Shown here: piece after piece, positions 49,719 to 54,125 of the stretch
Layout of the letters: each line of letters opens with the position of its first letter
Numbering within the stretch: position 1 is the first letter of the stretch
From: an uncultured Clostridium sp.
GTDB taxonomy: Bacteria > Bacillota > Clostridia > TANB77 > CAG-508
Length of the DNA stretch: 54,125 nucleotides
Assembly (NCBI GenBank): GCA_948472955.1
Contig: CAOKVW010000003.1
Location: 1-54,125, forward strand
Direction: 5' to 3'
The notes under the pieces: generated by a model
The model's database searches: none
What the model was told of the DNA's origin: nothing
What the model saw: only the letters and a program-made list of their open reading frames with translations
Position numbers and translations under genes: made by a program

Positions 49719-50891
49719 CTATTCACCTCCCAATATACTCTCTGCTAATTTTTCCATCTGTATGATTGTTTCTTGTTTCATCGTGGATGGAATGGTAACA
49801 GATGGTTCTATGATAGTAATATCTTTCATTTCTTGTAAAATACCTTTCATGGTTTTGGCTGCTGATGGAGCCCAAGAACCATTCTCTATCACACCAATTT
49901 TTCTATTTTGATAATTTCTTTCCTTTAATTTCATCAAAAATTGTTGCATTGGCACAAAAACACCCGCATTGTAACTAGAAGCCGCTAAAATAATTTTATC
50001 ATAACGAAAAGCATCTTCTACCGCTTCTGCCATATCTTCTCTTGCTAAATCCGTTAAAACTACTTTTTTAGCACCTTTATCTTCTAAAATCTCTTTCAAC
50101 TTTTGTGCTGCTTGAAAAGTATTTCCATGAATCGAAGCACAAGCTATGAATACGCCATCATCTTCTGGTTGATAACTACTCCATATATCATATTTTTCAA
50201 TATAATGTCCTAAATTTTCTTTTAAAATTGGACCATGTAAAGGGCAAATCATTTTAATATCTAATGTAGAAGCTTTTTTTAATAAAGCTTGTACTTGTGC
50301 TCCGTATTTTCCTACAATTCCAAAATAATATCTACGAGCTTCACAATCCCAATCTTCTTCGGTATCTAATGTTCCAAATTTTCCGAATCCATCTGCCGAA
50401 AATAAAATTTTCTCTGTTTGTTCATAGGTTACCATGACTTCTGGCCAATGTACCATTGGTGCCATAAAGAATTGTAGTGTATGCTTTCCAATCTTGATCG
50501 TATCTCCTTCTTTTACTACTATTTTTTTATCTGTTAAATCGATGTCAAAGAAATTTGGTAACATATTGAATGTAATAGCATTTCCTATGATTTTCATAGC
50601 TGGATATTTTTCTACTAATAATCCTATATTATAAGCATGGTCTGGTTCTAAATGAGAAACAACTAGATAATCTATGGTTTCTCCCTCTAATGCTTTTTCT
50701 AAATTTTCTAGCCACGCATTCGTAACTTTTCTATCCACTGTATCTAATACCACATTTTTTTCATCTTTAATGAGATACGAATTATATGCCATCCCATTAG
50801 GAACCTCATATTGTGATTCAAATAATCGAATATCTTTGTCATCTGCACCTATGTAAAATATATTGTCTGTTATAGTTGTATCTTTCATCAT
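49719..50891 (-). CDS. fprA: Flavodiiron protein (FprA family A-type flavoprotein)
   Basis: YNSYLI, SHLEPDH, PMVHWPE, FSADGFG, CPLHGP, flavodoxin C-domain. Confidence 0.93.
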   Translation of the reverse strand: MMKDTTITDNIFYIGADDKDIRLFESQYEVPNGMAYNSYLIKDEKNVVLDTVDRKVTNAWLENLEKALEGETIDYLVVSHLEPDHAYNIGLLVEKYPAMKIIGNAITFNMLPNFFDIDLTDKKIVVKEGDTIKIGKHTLQFFMAPMVHWPEVMVTYEQTEKILFSADGFGKFGTLDTEEDWDCEARRYYFGIVGKYGAQVQALLKKASTLDIKMICPLHGPILKENLGHYIEKYDIWSSYQPEDDGVFIACASIHGNTFQAAQKLKEILEDKGAKKVVLTDLAREDMAEAVEDAFRYDKIILAASSYNAGVFVPMQQFLMKLKERNYQNRKIGVIENGSWAPSAAKTMKGILQEMKDITIIEPSVTIPSTMKQETIIQMEKLAESILGGE

Positions 50892-50995
50892 TACTCCTTT
50901 CTTAAATTATGTCTCATTTTTTCTATAATATTCTTATTTTTTTGTATTTCTATTATATCAGAAAAATTTGAATTGTAAAGCGATATATGTATAAA

Positions 50996-51793
50996 TTAAA
51001 ATATTGTTTGTATGATTAATTCAATAAATAATATAACAAAAATTATTTTTAAAAGTGGCTCTATAATTTTGTTAGCTTTTTTCATTGCTAAGCCAGCTCC
51101 TACATAATGTCCTAACATAGAACTTATTGTCGCTGGAATTGCTATGGCTAACATTACTTTTTTGTTTAGTATAAATGTTACCATTGCAACTAAGTTCAAT
51201 GAACAAACTATTATATTAGCATTTCCACTTGATTTTACCTCATCTATTTTGAATATTTTAATAAATATTAAAATTAAGATAGATATGCTACCTATACCTA
51301 TTGTTCCACTATATATTCCTACTATTAACCCTATTATCAAAGATAATATCAACCTTTTTTTGGGTGACAAATCTTTTATGGGATTTATTTGTTTTTTTAC
51401 AATCTTATCATTTTTCTTGTTTAATTTTAAATATTTCTTTATAACTGAAAAAATAAAAAAAATTATTATGAATGAAATTAATATATATTGTAAATAAATT
51501 TCATTGATATATAGTATTAATTTTGAACCTGCATATGTCCCTAACATACACAATATAGAAAATATAATTACTAATCTCAATTCATAATTTTTATTTTTTA
51601 CATATCTCATAGCAGATACCAACATTCCCCAAAACGAAACAAATTTATGTGTTCCATAGGCATAATGTACTGGTAGTCCTGCTACTAGGTATGTAGGAAC
51701 ACTTATTATGGAACCACTTCCAACAATTGCATCTATGATACCTGCAACAAATATTAACGGGCATATTATTATTAATTTATAAAATTCTATCAT
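50996..51793 (-). CDS. TSUP/TauE-SafE family membrane protein
   Basis: AGIIDAIVGSG.IISVP.YL..GLP...AYGT.K; multiple TM. Confidence 0.85.
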   Translation of the reverse strand: MIEFYKLIIICPLIFVAGIIDAIVGSGSIISVPTYLVAGLPVHYAYGTHKFVSFWGMLVSAMRYVKNKNYELRLVIIFSILCMLGTYAGSKLILYINEIYLQYILISFIIIFFIFSVIKKYLKLNKKNDKIVKKQINPIKDLSPKKRLILSLIIGLIVGIYSGTIGIGSISILILIFIKIFKIDEVKSSGNANIIVCSLNLVAMVTFILNKKVMLAIAIPATISSMLGHYVGAGLAMKKANKIIEPLLKIIFVILFIELIIQTIF

Positions 51794-52401
51794 TTTTTCC
51801 AGTTTTCCTCCACTTTTTCAATATCTATTAACCATCTTTTGCTTAATCTATAATATATTTTATGGTCACTCAAATGGAAGCCTTCGTATATAACCTTTCC
51901 TGCTCTATCATATACAGAAAAAGCTTTTGCATGTGAAGAACTAACCAATACTTTTTTTATTTCATTTTTCAGAATATTAGGTATAACATATTCATACATC
52001 ATTTTAAATCCTATTCCTCTATATTCCTTTTGTATCACAAAAGCTTCAACAACAGCATATTGTTCTATATCTTTTAGTTCTTCTTTGTAATCTATTTTAT
52101 CTAAAAACTCTCTTATATATTGCTCCCCTTTTACCATAAAAACATGTCCCACTAGTTTTCCATTAATTTCAGCACAAAATACATTAATCTCTAAATCCTC
52201 TCCCTTTTCTATTTTTTCTAATAAAGTATTGTATTTTTTCTTATCATGTTCATATTCATTCCAATCATCGTACATATTATTTTGTTTTTTGTTTATTACA
52301 TGTTGTTTAGTTGGTTCAAGAATTTTTTCTAAATTTAATTTAATCTTATCTAATTCATCTTTACTTGATATTGAATAATATTTAATATTTTTTTCTTCCA
52401 T
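51790..52401 (-). CDS. Hypothetical protein, GNAT-like
   Basis: VFCAEINGKLVG and FVIQKEYRGIG resemble GNAT acetyl-CoA-binding motifs. Confidence 0.6.
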   Translation of the reverse strand: MEEKNIKYYSISSKDELDKIKLNLEKILEPTKQHVINKKQNNMYDDWNEYEHDKKKYNTLLEKIEKGEDLEINVFCAEINGKLVGHVFMVKGEQYIREFLDKIDYKEELKDIEQYAVVEAFVIQKEYRGIGFKMMYEYVIPNILKNEIKKVLVSSSHAKAFSVYDRAGKVIYEGFHLSDHKIYYRLSKRWLIDIEKVEENWKK

Positions 52402-52544
52402 ATTTTTCTCCTTTTCTAATGGCTCTTACTTGCTTTTATTTTATATCATAAATCGACATTTTTTCATAGTATTTTGCCAATATTTATAAAATATTTTGTT
52501 ATCTTTAATCATTATGAATACTCATTCGATTCGACACTTTTCTC

Positions 52545-52573
52545 TTGACATCGATTCTATTTAGGCATATACT
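52545..52573 (+). promoter_or_regulatory. Sigma-A promoter of the por operon
   Basis: TTGACA-17 nt-TATACT. Confidence 0.75.
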
Positions 52574-52672
52574 AAAGCCATAATAAAAACATATTTATAC
52601 AGTACAGAGCTTTCCTCCCACAGGGAGAAAATTTTTACTGTATAAAAAAACAAAAAAGGAGGCTATAGAAGC

Positions 52673-53251
52673 ATGGATAACTTAATAGAAATCAGATGGC
52701 ATGGTAGAGGGGGACAAGGTGCCAAGACAGCATCTTTATTACTTGCCGATGCTGCTTTCAACACAGGCAAATACATTCAAGGTTTTCCTGAATATGGACC
52801 AGAAAGAATGGGAGCACCTATTACCGCTTACAATCGTATCAGTAGTAATCCTATTACCATTCACAGTAATATTTATGAACCTGACTATGTCGTAGTTGTA
52901 GATGATACCCTTCTAGAATGTGTTGATGTAACAGCAGGACTAAAAGAAACAGGTGCCATTATTATTAATACTACAAAATCAGAAGAACACTTAAAAACTG
53001 CTTTGAAAGGATATAAAGGCAATATCTATACCATTGATGCTAGAAAAATATCAGAAGAAGCTTTAGGAAAATATTTTCCGAATACGCCTATGCTAGCAGC
53101 CATTGTAAAAGTAAGTGGTATCATGACAGACGAAGCTTTACTAGAAGATATGAAAGGGTCTTTTCAACATAAATTTGCGAAAAAGCCAGAAGTCATTGAT
53201 GGTAATATGAAAGCTTTAGAATTAGCATTAAAGGAGGTAAAAAAGATATGA
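52673..53251 (+). CDS. porC: Pyruvate/2-oxoacid:ferredoxin oxidoreductase gamma subunit
   Basis: EIRWHGRGGQGAKT, FPEYGPERMGAP. Confidence 0.93.
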   Translation: MDNLIEIRWHGRGGQGAKTASLLLADAAFNTGKYIQGFPEYGPERMGAPITAYNRISSNPITIHSNIYEPDYVVVVDDTLLECVDVTAGLKETGAIIINTTKSEEHLKTALKGYKGNIYTIDARKISEEALGKYFPNTPMLAAIVKVSGIMTDEALLEDMKGSFQHKFAKKPEVIDGNMKALELALKEVKKI

Positions 53252-53538
53252 CAGAAATTAATAACAACACACCTATGGAAAAGCTAACTCCTGGTGGTGA
53301 TATTTATACTGCTGGAAATGCAAGGGAATTTAAAACTGGTGATTGGAGAAGCATTCGTCCTATTTTCTTAAGGGACAAATGCAAACAATGTGGACTTTGT
53401 TTTCCTGTTTGTCCAGAGGATGCCATCCCAGTAAATAAGGAAATGTTAAGAGAAGATTTTAATTATGATTATTGCAAAGGATGTGGCGTATGTGCTAAAG
53501 TGTGCCCATTCGGCGCTATTGAAATGAAGGAAGAATAG
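53248..53538 (+). CDS. porD: Pyruvate/2-oxoacid:ferredoxin oxidoreductase delta subunit (2x[4Fe-4S])
   Basis: KTGDWRS.RP, CKQCGLC...CP, YCKGCGVCAKVCP. Confidence 0.93.
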   Translation: MTEINNNTPMEKLTPGGDIYTAGNAREFKTGDWRSIRPIFLRDKCKQCGLCFPVCPEDAIPVNKEMLREDFNYDYCKGCGVCAKVCPFGAIEMKEE

Positions 53539-53572
53539 TTTGAAATAACTCAAGAAAGGAATGATAATAAAA

Positions 53573-54125
53573 ATGAGTATAAGAGAAAGATTAAGTGGTA
53601 ATGAAGCAGCAGCTACTGCTATGAAGCAAATCAATCCAGACGTTGTAGCCGCCTTTCCTATTACCCCATCTACTGAAATCCCTCAATATTTTTCTACCTT
53701 TGTAGCAAATGGAACAGTAGATACAGAATTTGTTGCCGTAGAAAGTGAGCATAGTGCTATGTCTGCTTGTATTGGAGCAGAAGCAGCTGGAAGTAGAGCC
53801 ATGACAGCTACATCTGCCAATGGTTTATCTTTAATGTGGGAAATGATTTACATTGCTTCTAGTTTACGATTACCAATTGTTTTATCTTTAGTAAATAGAG
53901 CCGTATCTGGTCCTTTAAACATTCATTGTGACCACTCAGATGCTATGGGGGTTCGTGATAGTGGCTGGATTATGCTATTTTCAGAAAACAATCAAGAAGC
54001 CTATGACAATACCTTAATGGCTCATAGAATTGCAGAACACAAAGATGTCATGTTACCATTAATGGTATGTCAAGATGGATTTATTACCTCACATGCCATC
54101 GAAAATATTGAATTAGTAGAAGATG
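53573..54125 (+). CDS. porA: Pyruvate/2-oxoacid:ferredoxin oxidoreductase alpha subunit (runs off the window end)
   Basis: MSIRERLSGNEAAA...AAFPITPSTEI...VESEHSAMSAC. Confidence 0.93.
   Translation, partial: MSIRERLSGNEAAATAMKQINPDVVAAFPITPSTEIPQYFSTFVANGTVDTEFVAVESEHSAMSACIGAEAAGSRAMTATSANGLSLMWEMIYIASSLRLPIVLSLVNRAVSGPLNIHCDHSDAMGVRDSGWIMLFSENNQEAYDNTLMAHRIAEHKDVMLPLMVCQDGFITSHAIENIELVED

Noticed and set aside
1-54125. CRISPR arrays, tRNA/rRNA genes, transposases, prophage genes
   Set aside because: None recognised; the repeats present are palindromes or intragenic duplications, not repeat-spacer arrays.

Overview
AT-rich chromosomal window from a spore-forming Clostridia-like bacterium (yabG, veg, SPOCS-LysM coat protein, yunB). 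It holds housekeeping genes (feoAB, mgtA, dnaE, rplM-rpsI, dnaG-rpoD, proS, scpB, fprA-rubredoxin, porCDA), a two-component system, and a cluster of large surface proteins (RCC1/dockerin/M23, Ig-repeat, dockerin, thioester-domain protein plus sortase). The main observation is that five genes (feoB three times, yabG, yunB, a dockerin protein, a thioester protein) are broken by seven +1 frameshifts with the same signature. At each, the reading frame arrives at an in-frame CGG, and skipping its C gives a GGT/GGA glycine codon that restores the frame and, where I know the family, the conserved motif. My manual scan found no in-frame CGG in the intact core genes. This suggests pervasive CGG-triggered +1 recoding (C-GGW read as Gly); a systematic sequencing artefact still has to be excluded. 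The intergenic DNA also contains several unusually long rod-like palindromes (about 120-410 bp). All calls were made by eye, without database searches.
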